Assembly: GCF_001481685.1 (NCBI RefSeq)
Contig: NZ_CP006867.1
Coordinates: 240,001 to 272,000 of the forward strand
DNA length: 32,000 bases
DNA from: Ignicoccus islandicus DSM 13165
Lineage (GTDB): Archaea > Thermoproteota > Thermoprotei_A > Sulfolobales > Ignicoccaceae
Reading direction: 5' to 3'
The notes below the pieces were generated by a model. It saw only the letters and a list, made by a program, of their open reading frames with translations, did not search any database and was not told where the DNA came from. Positions 1 through 8,580 of the stretch are shown in pieces; position 1 is the first letter of the stretch; each line of letters opens with the position of its first letter. The position numbers and the translations under genes were made by a program.

Positions 1-710
1 ATAGACTTCAAAGTTTCTACAATTTTCTTCCTCTGTTCTGCCTTCACGGACTTCTTCTCGACGTATGCTCTCTCGATAGGATCTCTACTTTTTTCCACCA
101 TCTGAACTAGCAAATCTTCGTTTATTGAGCCTATTACGTACTTTGGAGCAATATGGCCGATGGAATTAATTCCTTCAAAACACCTCTTTGCAGCTCTCTT
201 ATTGTAATGAGGTCCGCCTATCCATATTGCGGAAGGGAGGTCTTCCATTTCCTCGTAGTTTAAGACGGCCTTCGCGAGTATATCGTGATTCCTTGGATCG
301 GTCCAGTCTTCTAACGATGAGCCAATCTCTATAAAGACAATGCCCTTATTTATGGTCGGACCGTGGTGAGTTGCCTCGTAAACCACTTCGTAGTCCTCGC
401 GATAGTTGTACTTGCTCAACGCGTTCAAGAGCTTACATCCGATCTTTGGTAAAGCTATTGAAAGCGTTCTCGGTTGACCACCTAGTTTGGCTTCATCTGA
501 GAAGTTCCCTGTGAAGTGGACCGTGAAGGCCTTGACCCTTTTCTCGCTCGAATGTCTTGACAATACTATGAAGTCGTCTCCTTCGACTTCGCTGAAATCG
601 GAAAACGGAGCGTCTCTAGAGAGCGGATAAACTTCTATGCCTTCCTTCATTAGACGTTCTGCAACGCCCTTAGCGGCCGGGTCGTTGGGACTGTAAACTA
701 TCTTCAACAA
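1..710 (-). CDS. dtdA: D-aminoacyl-tRNA deacylase, DtdA family (3' end runs off the window; start approximate, TTG)
   Basis: Manual reverse-strand translation gives an open frame LLKIVYSPNDPAAKGVAERLMKEG...DDFIVLSRHSSEKRVKAFTVHFTGNF...YEATHHGP...FIEIGSSLEDW...AIWIGGPHYNKR, which has motifs typical of archaeal DtdA. Confidence 0.8.
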   Translation of the reverse strand, partial: MLKIVYSPNDPAAKGVAERLMKEGIEVYPLSRDAPFSDFSEVEGDDFIVLSRHSSEKRVKAFTVHFTGNFSDEAKLGGQPRTLSIALPKIGCKLLNALSKYNYREDYEVVYEATHHGPTINKGIVFIEIGSSLEDWTDPRNHDILAKAVLNYEEMEDLPSAIWIGGPHYNKRAAKRCFEGINSIGHIAPKYVIGSINEDLLVQMVEKSRDPIERAYVEKKSVKAEQRKKIVETLKS

Positions 711-862
711 GCTTCGTTCCCCGCCTTCCTTCAGTACGTTAAGTTAATCTAGTAGAAGCATCTGTCTTCTTTGAACTTATAGGTCCTTGTTTAATATCAT
801 CCAAACCCTAATTGAAGCTTCATTCAATAAAGGTAAAACGAAATGCTCTATCTATGGAATCT

Positions 863-1348
863 CATTCACCATCCCATGGTGAATTCTCATCTCCACCTCT
901 TGTCCAAATTTAATTTTCCATTTACTTACAATTAATTCACTCATTTCCTCAACCCTAACCATTTACGAAAAGAAACAATGGTCTCCTTAAGTACCTTCAG
1001 TTTCTACTAGACTTCCCAATTGTTAATTCCATTTCAATCCAATCATTCAACGTCGTATTTTCAAAACCAAATGTAATTTACCACTCTAGAGCTTAGACCA
1101 TCAGTACAAGCCCATTTCAAGATCGATCTTTACAATGAGAAGAAGCTTAGAGGGGTTAATAAGCGATCATGGGAACTCTGATGATCATGGGGATTTCTAC
1201 TCCAGCCTACCTTATACAAGCATATTCATGCATATATTGGACAACTACTTGAGTTCAAGTTCGAAGAGGGAAGGTGTGAATGTGGAAAGACAGATGAAGG
1301 GAAAGGGTTAAAAGATGGGGAATTGGTTGTTTAAATAGGAGGGTAACG
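863..1348 (+). promoter_or_regulatory. CRISPR leader of array 1 (486 bp)
   Basis: Lies directly upstream of the least degenerate repeats. Collinear and highly similar to 11737-12222. Begins with palindrome ATTCACCATcccATGGTGAAT and ends with TTTAAATAGGAGGG(T/C)AACG. Confidence 0.9.
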
Positions 1349-2246
1349 GTAGAGTCCCAATAGGGAGTGGAAAGACCCTGTAAATTCAAGGCTAACGAAA
1401 AAGTATATGCAGTCGTAGAGTCCCAATAGGGAGTGGAAAGGAGGTTGAGTTTTAAACTTGGGTGGAGTATTAAAGCGAGTAGAGTCCCAATAGGGAGTGG
1501 AAAGCTTGTTCAGCTTTACTCTACCATTGATAACGAGCCAAGCAAGTAGAGTCCCAATAGGGAGTGGAAAGTACATTTGTTCGGCTTGGGGCTGTAATCC
1601 TATATAATTTTGTAGAGTCCCAATAGGGAGTGGAAAGTCGGCCTCGAGCCCCCTCGGGGCTTTAAGAGTCCCGTTTTCCTTGTAGAGTCCCAATAGGGAG
1701 TGGAAAGCCTCATCAACCAAAGCTGATAAAATTGCAGTGTATACTAACGTAGAGTCCCAATAGGGAGTGGAAAGAAGGAAATTGTAAAGCCACCTTAATT
1801 CGTCAAGCGTAAGTTTCGGGTAGAGTCCCAATAGGGAGTGGAAAGGGTGATTCTAATTTCGGCCTCGGCAAAGGACGGTACCTAGTAGAGATCCAAGAGG
1901 GAGTGGAAAGATCGATGGCAACGGTCGTTTTCGAAGCAATGAATGGCAGAAGTAGAGATCCAATAGGGAATAGAAAGGAAACCGCATTTAACGTCAGCGT
2001 CGCGTTGCACATTATTCTGTAGAATCCCAATAGGGAATAGAAAGATCGAAGAGAAGGTGGCTGAGCTGAAAGCAAAGTACAACGTTAGTAGAGTCCCAAT
2101 AGGGAATAGAAAGCCTGGTGTCATTGACTCTGTGTTTAATAAAGTTTTAACAAGTAGAATCCCAATAGGGAATAGAAAGCAGTACTAGTCTCTAATCATA
2201 CCGTTCTCATAAATAGAACAGTAGGGATCCAAGATGGAATAGAAAA
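1349..2246 (+). CRISPR. CRISPR array 1: 14 repeats of 26 nt, 13 spacers of 38-45 nt
   Basis: Repeats start at 1349,1415,1479,1546,1612,1682,1749,1820,1885,1952,2019,2088,2154,2221. R1-R8 are GTAGAGTCCCAATAGGGAGTGGAAAG. R9-R14 diverge progressively, and R14 is GTAGGGATCCAAGATGGAATAGAAAA. Confidence 0.99.
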
Positions 2247-2433
2247 AAGGAGTTTCATAGTTACCAGCTCTCGTATCTCTCAACTCCTTGTCAAAATAAT
2301 CCGTATGTAGAGAATACGTTACTACCTTACCTATTTCCTTGAAATCGAACAATGGGTCAGAAAGACATCGAACGTGAGCTAGATACTAGCCCTTTTTTAC
2401 TTCGTTCCAATCCAGAGAGGTCGGTGGACCTCA

Positions 2434-3147
2434 ATGGCTGCTCAGAAGGGCGACGTCGTAGTTCTAGACTACGTCTTGAAGCTAAAGGATACTGGAGAAG
2501 TAATAGACACCACCTTAGAGGAAGTAGCTAAGGAGAGCGGTATATATAAAGAAGGTACCAAGTACGAACCTTTCGTAGTAGTTCTCGGCGAGGGTAGGTT
2601 GATACAAGGAATTGAAGAAGCCGTCGAAGGCATGGAAAAGGGCCAAGAAAAGGAGGTGGAAATTCCTCCAGAGAAGGCTTTCGGACCTAGGGATCCAAGT
2701 AAGATAAGGAGGTATACTGTAAACGAATTCAGGAAAGCGGGAATAAGGAACGTATATCCGGGTATGGTCGTTGAAATAGGGAACAACGTAGGCGTTGTTA
2801 AGGCAGTAAGTGGCGGTAGAGTGATAGTTGACTTCAACCACCCCTACGCTGGTAAGACCTTAGTAGCTAAGATAATACTAAAGGACATAATAAAGGACGA
2901 GAAGGAGAAGATTAAAGCATTAGTAAAGAGAAGGATGAAGGACGCTGAAGTAGAAATAAGCGACGGTAAGGTAGTGATAAAGGTTCCAGAGAAGTACTTA
3001 CTGGCTGAAGGTCTCCAATTAGCGAAGCTATCGATAGTCAATGACCTCTTTAGGTATACGAACGTTAAAGAGGTTGCGTTCATAGAGGAAATCAAGAAGA
3101 GGGAAGAGAAGGCTGAGACGCAAGAGTCTCAAGAGAGCTCCTCCTAA
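2434..3147 (+). CDS. FKBP-type peptidyl-prolyl cis-trans isomerase (long archaeal SlyD-like form)
   Basis: VVLDYVLKLKDTGEVIDTT...VVLGEGRLIQGIEEAVEGMEKGQEKEVEIPPEKAFGPRDPSKI...VDFNHPYAGKTL are FKBP/SlyD signatures. Confidence 0.93.
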   Translation: MAAQKGDVVVLDYVLKLKDTGEVIDTTLEEVAKESGIYKEGTKYEPFVVVLGEGRLIQGIEEAVEGMEKGQEKEVEIPPEKAFGPRDPSKIRRYTVNEFRKAGIRNVYPGMVVEIGNNVGVVKAVSGGRVIVDFNHPYAGKTLVAKIILKDIIKDEKEKIKALVKRRMKDAEVEISDGKVVIKVPEKYLLAEGLQLAKLSIVNDLFRYTNVKEVAFIEEIKKREEKAETQESQESSS

Positions 3148-3162
3148 TACTAAAATAAAAAT

Positions 3163-3681
3163 TCAGAAATGACCTTGCGGTCTTATTTCAACGGGCGCGT
3201 CTAGTAGCTCACTTAACACTTTCTCCAATTCCTCCTTTGGGGCGGGCCACCTCTTCCCCTTCCTGTCAACCCTTATTACGTACTTCTGAGTGCCATCGGG
3301 AGTCCAGACTATGTTGACTCCTCTTACGTCCAAAGGTATTAGCAATTGGGCAGCCATTTCCCTTGGATCGGCTCCCTTAACTACTACCCTAACCTTTCTA
3401 TTCAATTCCCTAGATAGGGCTTGACGTATCCTCCTAACTACGTCCTTGTCCCAATCGGGTAGTTTGAGTACTATTACTAATAGGTCGCCTAAGTCGTAGC
3501 TCTTAACGTACTCCGCGTCCTTCAGCTCCTTTATCCTTTCTTCCAAATCCAAAAGCTTCCTCATTATATCTACTTCGTATTCCTTCACTAAACCGCTACT
3601 AACTTTCCTCTGACAGCTCGGACAAAGAATACCGGTCTTGACGCATATAGTGTCTAATGGTATCTTCAACCTTGGCATCAC
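3163..3681 (-). CDS. Archaeal KH-domain/NusA-like RNA-binding protein
   Basis: ORF with CVKTGILCPSCQRKV zinc-type motif and a KH-like segment (ADPREMAAQLLIPLDVRGVNIVWTPDGTQKYVIRV). Convergent with the FKBP gene, 15 bp apart. Confidence 0.65.
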   Translation of the reverse strand: MMPRLKIPLDTICVKTGILCPSCQRKVSSGLVKEYEVDIMRKLLDLEERIKELKDAEYVKSYDLGDLLVIVLKLPDWDKDVVRRIRQALSRELNRKVRVVVKGADPREMAAQLLIPLDVRGVNIVWTPDGTQKYVIRVDRKGKRWPAPKEELEKVLSELLDAPVEIRPQGHF

Positions 3682-3968
3682 CTCACTGTCTCCAGTCTTA
3701 AGGTATGATCCATCTAAGCCAAGCCCTTACGCGGATTAATTAACGGTTTCTTCAAACCAACCCGCTAGTAAACCCAATTAAGCAATTCCTTTCCAGACTA
3801 CTGTGAAGGAACGGTCCCCCAATTCGTATTAACTAATTGACCGCTCGCGCATCTAGAGACGCTACCTTGAGCGAGTTACCTCGGAAGTTCCGTTAGCAAG
3901 GAGACGGAACTGAAATTCACCAATAGCCATTAAACTTCATTAAAGGTTACGAAGGGTGGAGGAACGGT

Positions 3969-5015
3969 TTGTCTGAAGACTTCGTTTTGAGAACTGAAGG
4001 GCTGAAGAAGTGGTACAAGATAGGGGGCATTTTCTCAGTAAAAGGTTACGTTAGAGCCGTGGACGGAGTGGACGTGACCATTAGGAAGGGCGAAGTTTAC
4101 TGCGTAGTAGGGGAGAGTGGGTGCGGAAAGAGTACTTTAGCTAGGACGATAATGGGATTGGAGGAAATTACCAGCGGAGAGATCTACTTTAACGCATCCC
4201 CATCAACCGCTAAGCTACTCGAGAAGAAGGGAGAAAAGGTACACGGGACTATTGTTAAGTACAGTGAGCTTTCCGAGAAGGGCTTGAGAATACTGAAAAG
4301 GGACATGCAAATGGTTTTCCAAGACCCCTACGCCAGCCTAGATCCCAAGATGAAAATATGGGAAATCGTCGCAGAGCCCGTCTTGGTTCACAAACTGGCG
4401 AGCAAGAAGAAGGCGAGGGAAATAGCGGCTCAAGCGTTAGAGAAAGTTAAGCTCGGAGAGGAGTTCCTAGACAGATATCCACACGAGCTCTCAGGTGGTC
4501 AGAAACAGAGAGTAATGATAGCAAGGGCTCTCAGTATAAGCCCTAAATTCATCGTAGCGGACGAGCCAGTATCCATGCTCGATGTATCCATAAGGGCCGA
4601 GATAATACACCTACTCAAGGAAATAAGGGACAAGGAGAACGTAAGCTTAATGGTTATAACTCACGACTTGGCTACAACTCCTCACTTATGCGACAGAATT
4701 GGAGTAATGTATCTCGGTAAGATAGTGGAAGAGGGGCCTACGCGAGAAGTGATAGAGAACCCGCTTCACCCATATACCAAAGCCTTGATGGCAGCCGTTC
4801 TAGAGCCCAGTCCAGAGAACAGGAAGAGGAGAATAGAGGTCCCAATTAAGGGCGAAGTTGGGGTCCCTCCGGAAAGGGGTTGTCGCTTCCTCCCTAGATG
4901 CGTCCTAGTTGATCAGATAGAGGGAATTAGGCCCATGTGTTCCGAAAAAGAGCCCCCGCTCGTCGGAGACGGGCATAAGGTAGCTTGTTGGGGCGCCAAG
5001 GAGGTTCATTCGTAG
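3969..5015 (+). CDS. Oligopeptide/dipeptide ABC transporter ATP-binding protein (DppF/OppF-like)
   Basis: Walker A GESGCGKST, signature LSGGQKQRVMIARAL, Walker B FIVADEPVSMLD, and C-terminal oligopeptide transporter motif GCRFLPRC...C...PPLVGDGHKVAC. Confidence 0.92.
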   Translation: MSEDFVLRTEGLKKWYKIGGIFSVKGYVRAVDGVDVTIRKGEVYCVVGESGCGKSTLARTIMGLEEITSGEIYFNASPSTAKLLEKKGEKVHGTIVKYSELSEKGLRILKRDMQMVFQDPYASLDPKMKIWEIVAEPVLVHKLASKKKAREIAAQALEKVKLGEEFLDRYPHELSGGQKQRVMIARALSISPKFIVADEPVSMLDVSIRAEIIHLLKEIRDKENVSLMVITHDLATTPHLCDRIGVMYLGKIVEEGPTREVIENPLHPYTKALMAAVLEPSPENRKRRIEVPIKGEVGVPPERGCRFLPRCVLVDQIEGIRPMCSEKEPPLVGDGHKVACWGAKEVHS

Positions 5016-5075
5016 TTGCGAACTGAGTGCATAGCTTTTAGTTTACCTATTGGTCAGCAACCTATAGGACGCTAG

Positions 5076-5603
5076 ATGGATTATAGTTATATGGAAAGAG
5101 AAAAGATTAAGGACGAATTCATATCTATGTTCGAAGCCTTTATGTTTGAAATAGTACCAGAGAAGTTGAGGAAGTTTTTCGGTGAGGGAGCTCTCATCGC
5201 TCTAATGTACGATATAGTTAAAGATGCGTCTAAGAAGACGATAACCCGTTACGCACCGAGGAACGTGGTTGAGGCGATAGAGTACGCTTTAAAGCTTCAG
5301 CAAACGGTCTTCGGTGACTTCGAATTCCAAATTAGAGAACTAGGAGGGAAGGTCTGCGTTGAAGTAATCAAGTGCCCTCACCAGAAGTACGTCGATGGAG
5401 CACCGTATAGGTGCGTTCCGTGTATAGCCATGATAGCTGGAGCGATCGAATCTACTGGAAAGAGGGTTCAAGTGAATTACTTCGGTAGGAAAGTGGGGGC
5501 TAGGGAGCCGCACGTTGTAATAAAGATCGAAAAACACAAGCCGTTAGGTCACGATAGGTGCTTACTAGAGGTTCTAGTGTCCGAAGACGCTGGTTCCGAG
5601 TAG
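5076..5603 (+). CDS. Uncharacterized ~175 aa protein with C-x12-C-x2-C cluster (possibly V4R/small-ligand-binding-like)
   Basis: Long ORF between annotated genes; contains IKCPHQKYVDGAPYRCVPCIAMIAGAIE. Confidence 0.6.
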   Translation: MDYSYMEREKIKDEFISMFEAFMFEIVPEKLRKFFGEGALIALMYDIVKDASKKTITRYAPRNVVEAIEYALKLQQTVFGDFEFQIRELGGKVCVEVIKCPHQKYVDGAPYRCVPCIAMIAGAIESTGKRVQVNYFGRKVGAREPHVVIKIEKHKPLGHDRCLLEVLVSEDAGSE

Positions 5604-6468
5604 ACCCTCCATTACGGTTCCGAAGACGTAGCTTCCGAACGCCGTTATCATCAGCAACGTTACGGTCTCTAAGTACTCCCTCTTGAAGTCTTTCTCATTT
5701 ATAACTGAGCTATAGTATATGAAACCTCCTAGGATAATCAACGCTATTAATAGAGAGGCTGCGAAGGCCGCCCAAATGTTATGTATAAGGAAATATGGTA
5801 GGGCCAATAGTATAACTGACAATAGGTATGAGAGGCCAGTGACGCCGGCGCTCAAGGGCGCCTTGACTTCCGGATCGTGCTTAGCTTGGACGTAAGCTGC
5901 TCCGGTCATTGAGAGGGAGGCGGAGAAGCCCACTATCAGACCAGCTAATCCCGCTAGCACGGTGTTTAGCTGTAGCGCCGAGGAAGCCGGCGTGTACTCC
6001 AGTGACCTCTACTACGGCATCGGCGAGGCCCAGGGCAACGTAACCTAGGTACTTAACCCTAGGGTCCTCCACTTCGCTCATTAGGGCCCGTTCGTGTTCC
6101 ATTTCCTCCTCCAGTATTTCCTCGAGTTCCTTTCTCAACTGCTCGTCCTTTATCATTTCCTTTATCTTCTTATAGCATTCGACTGCGTTCTTTTCCGATA
6201 ACTCCATTTTCTTTAAGACGAATTGGACGCCTAATAACTTAGCGATTAGTTTAACTTTCTTTAGATCCACCTTGGGAGGTTCACACCTACTTATTTTCCT
6301 CCAAAACTCGAAGTGTTTCCTCTCTTGTTCAGCTATCCTCTTCAACTTCTCAGCGTTCTCCTTGTTTTTCTCGAGGGAAGCTAGGTAGCTGTAGATAGTA
6401 TAGGACTCCCATTCCTCTCTACACATTTCCTTGCCTATTTCCTCTAGCGAAAGTTGAGCTGAACTCAT
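5574..6468 (-). CDS. Ferritin-like (rubrerythrin-type) domain fused to a VIT1/CCC1 membrane domain; apparent single frameshift near 5968-5975
   Basis: ORF 5881-6468 encodes a ferritin-like domain followed by VALGLADAVVEVTGVHAGFLGAT. The homologous continuation LNTVLAGLAGLIVGFSASLSM...GHA-type TM region is in another frame (ORF 5574-5960). Skipping one base of ACA(G)CTAAAC restores one protein. Confidence 0.85.
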
Positions 6469-6484
6469 TGCAGTAACCCACCAC

Positions 6485-6706
6485 TTACTCCAGTTCCGCG
6501 AACCTTTCAGTTAAGGCCGCCCCTATTCCCGAAAGGACTGCTATCGTTACGCTACCTAGGCTTAAGCTGCTGGCCAAGGAAGGGTCAATGGAGCTCCCTA
6601 TGGCTGATACAATGAAGGCCACTGCTAAGGAAATAAGGAGAATTAGCGTTAGCGCGTCGTTGACTTTAGACCAAAGCCCCGCTGCCATTTCTATAACCGG
6701 TTTCAC
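6485..6706 (-). CDS. Small predicted membrane protein
   Basis: 73 aa ORF with hydrophobic segments, tightly packed between neighbours on the same strand (4 nt overlap with the downstream-numbered gene). Confidence 0.55.
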   Translation of the reverse strand: MKPVIEMAAGLWSKVNDALTLILLISLAVAFIVSAIGSSIDPSLASSLSLGSVTIAVLSGIGAALTERFAELE

Positions 6707-7566
6707 GTAGGTGGCTCCACCTTAAAGACCTTGACCACGTTCTCTACATTAACTCTATATAGGTAGTCCTCCTCAACCAAGCCGTTCTCTAAGAGTTCTT
6801 TTTGGTTCCTTGCCATCTCCCATGGGTAGACTACTATTCCCGGCCTCTTCGGATCGTCTATGTGGTCGCTCTCAATGATATACTCTGGAGGCAAGGAGAC
6901 GACGTTCTCTAAAAGACCTTTAACTCCCGGGACAGTGCACCTAACTCCCTCTTCGATAGCGTACCTAAGCGTCTTGCCCCTCAAGTGATGCATTACTATT
7001 CTATCTGAATTGGTACCGTATCTTTCAATTCGTTCTTTTATATCGATCACGCTTACCTTACCGCCTTGCTCCAAATGTAAATGAACCACGGCATCGAAGT
7101 CCTTTGAGATTTGGAACGCCCTATCCATTATTTTCTCTGCTATTACGACAGAGATCGGATGGGTCTTGTAGTGTTGTCTCCCAACCTCGCCTATCCCATC
7201 GAGCTTGCCTTCCCTTAACCCCTTCTCGACTAGTTCGAGGACCTTTAGGCCGAGTTCCAGTACCTCGTGGGGCTGCATTCTACCCATGAACTTATCCACG
7301 TCAGCTGGATGGAAGCCGAAGAGGCACGATGCCTTCAAGCCGGCTTTCCTCGCCTTCTCGCACTCCCTTACAGTAATCTCAAGCGCCTTCTCGTATCCCT
7401 CAAAGGTTGCTTCCAACCCGTAGTGCCACGGACTCAACCCCACTATTGCAACGAACCATCCGCCTTCTTCCCTGAACTTAGGAGCTATCTTCTCCATACC
7501 TAAACCCTTGACTGGATTGGAATGCGTGTGGCCGTCCGCAATAGGTACCATTGGCTTTAACCCCAA
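6703..7566 (-). CDS. TatD-related metal-dependent hydrolase
   Basis: IADGHTHSN at N-terminus, IGEVGRQHY, HLHLEQGG and IIESDHIDDPKRPG match the TIM-barrel amidohydrolase/TatD pattern. Confidence 0.8.
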   Translation of the reverse strand: MGLKPMVPIADGHTHSNPVKGLGMEKIAPKFREEGGWFVAIVGLSPWHYGLEATFEGYEKALEITVRECEKARKAGLKASCLFGFHPADVDKFMGRMQPHEVLELGLKVLELVEKGLREGKLDGIGEVGRQHYKTHPISVVIAEKIMDRAFQISKDFDAVVHLHLEQGGKVSVIDIKERIERYGTNSDRIVMHHLRGKTLRYAIEEGVRCTVPGVKGLLENVVSLPPEYIIESDHIDDPKRPGIVVYPWEMARNQKELLENGLVEEDYLYRVNVENVVKVFKVEPPT

Positions 7567-7593
7567 GACCTCGCTGTCGCGTTAGCTGATTAA

Positions 7594-7908
7594 TTGAGCG
7601 CAGCTCCCGTTTGGAGGGAAAGCGAAATGGAAGAGTTCGTGGAAGGGTTGAAGGAGGCCTTTGAGAAGGTTCTGTGCGAATTTACGGGAGACTGTTACGT
7701 TTGTTACGCCAAGAGAGGCAATAGATGGTACGTTATCGGAGCTTCCGAAGGCTCGATCGCATACGCTAAGGTGGCCCCTTACGAGGACCTCCCTCCAATT
7801 CAGAACTGCGAAGGTTTGCTCGCTTATCCCAAGGGCTTATTCGCCTTCGCTAAGGACCAGCGAGAACTGGCCAAGAAGGTTATTGAGAAGGTTGAGAAAC
7901 TAGGGTAA
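7594..7908 (+). CDS. Hypothetical protein (start may be internal, e.g. MEEFVEGL)
   Basis: ORF of about 100 aa with plausible composition, convergent with the ABC ATPase gene. Confidence 0.5.
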   Translation: MSAAPVWRESEMEEFVEGLKEAFEKVLCEFTGDCYVCYAKRGNRWYVIGASEGSIAYAKVAPYEDLPPIQNCEGLLAYPKGLFAFAKDQRELAKKVIEKVEKLG

Positions 7909-8509
7909 CGACTCTTTCCCCCTCCGTTACCCTATCGAGTTGACCCACGGGGGCAGTGTAGATAATTGCAGTTCCTCTCTCAACCTCTTCCTTTAAGAGA
8001 TTGAGGAGGGCCTCCTTACCCGGAGCGTCTAGCCCAACGAATGGTTCGTCCAAGAGGAGTACCTTAGGCGAATGGAGGAGCGCCCTGACTAGTTCTAACC
8101 TCTTCCTCCAACCGAAACTCAATTCCATTGCTTTCTGCATACTTCTCTTGTCTAGACCTACCTCCTTGCAAAGCCTCGTAGCTCTCTCCATAGAAACGCC
8201 GTAGAGCTTCGAAAAGAGTTCCAAGTTCTCCCTTACTGTTAACTCGTCGTAGGTCATATTGAAATGCATTACCACTCCCAATTTCCTCTTAGCGTTGAGG
8301 CTCCAAGGCGGTTCGCCGTCTACTAAGACTTCCCCGCTGCTAGGCCTCTCTATTCCAGAGGCTATCTTGAGTATTGTGGTTTTGCCGGAACCGTTAGGTC
8401 CTTCCAGCCTAATTACTTCCCCTTCTTCAACTACCATATCGAAGTCTTTCAAGACGTATCTATCTAAGTACCTTTTAGAGACTTTGTTGAAGACCAGTAT
8501 CTCCTTCAT
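7880..8509 (-). CDS. ABC transporter ATP-binding protein
   Basis: Walker A GPNGSGKTTIL, ABC motif ELSFGWRKRLELVRALL, Walker B VLLLDEPFVGLD. Confidence 0.9.
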   Translation of the reverse strand: MKEILVFNKVSKRYLDRYVLKDFDMVVEEGEVIRLEGPNGSGKTTILKIASGIERPSSGEVLVDGEPPWSLNAKRKLGVVMHFNMTYDELTVRENLELFSKLYGVSMERATRLCKEVGLDKRSMQKAMELSFGWRKRLELVRALLHSPKVLLLDEPFVGLDAPGKEALLNLLKEEVERGTAIIYTAPVGQLDRVTEGERVVTLVSQPSQ

Positions 8510-8580
8510 TTCAGCTCGGGAGTATTGGAAAGGGAGAAATAAAACGTTTTCAGCAAGACTATCCTTAGGGGAAAGGCCTA

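Noticed and set aside
1331-2124. ORFs across array 1 (1331-1831, 1803-2075, 1882-2124, minus strand)
   Set aside because: They are artefacts of the CRISPR repeats (recurring STPYWDSTR, FPLPIGTL and FHSLLGLY). Repeat+spacer units near 66 nt keep a frame open by chance.
2307-2320. Possible extra decayed repeat (GTAGAGAAT...) after array 1
   Set aside because: Only the first 6-9 nt resemble a repeat, and the spacing (60 nt) is outside the array range.
2469-3095. Minus-strand ORFs 2469-2837, 2515-2841 and 2844-3095
   Set aside because: Antisense to the well supported FKBP gene; low-complexity hydrophobic/Ser-rich translations.
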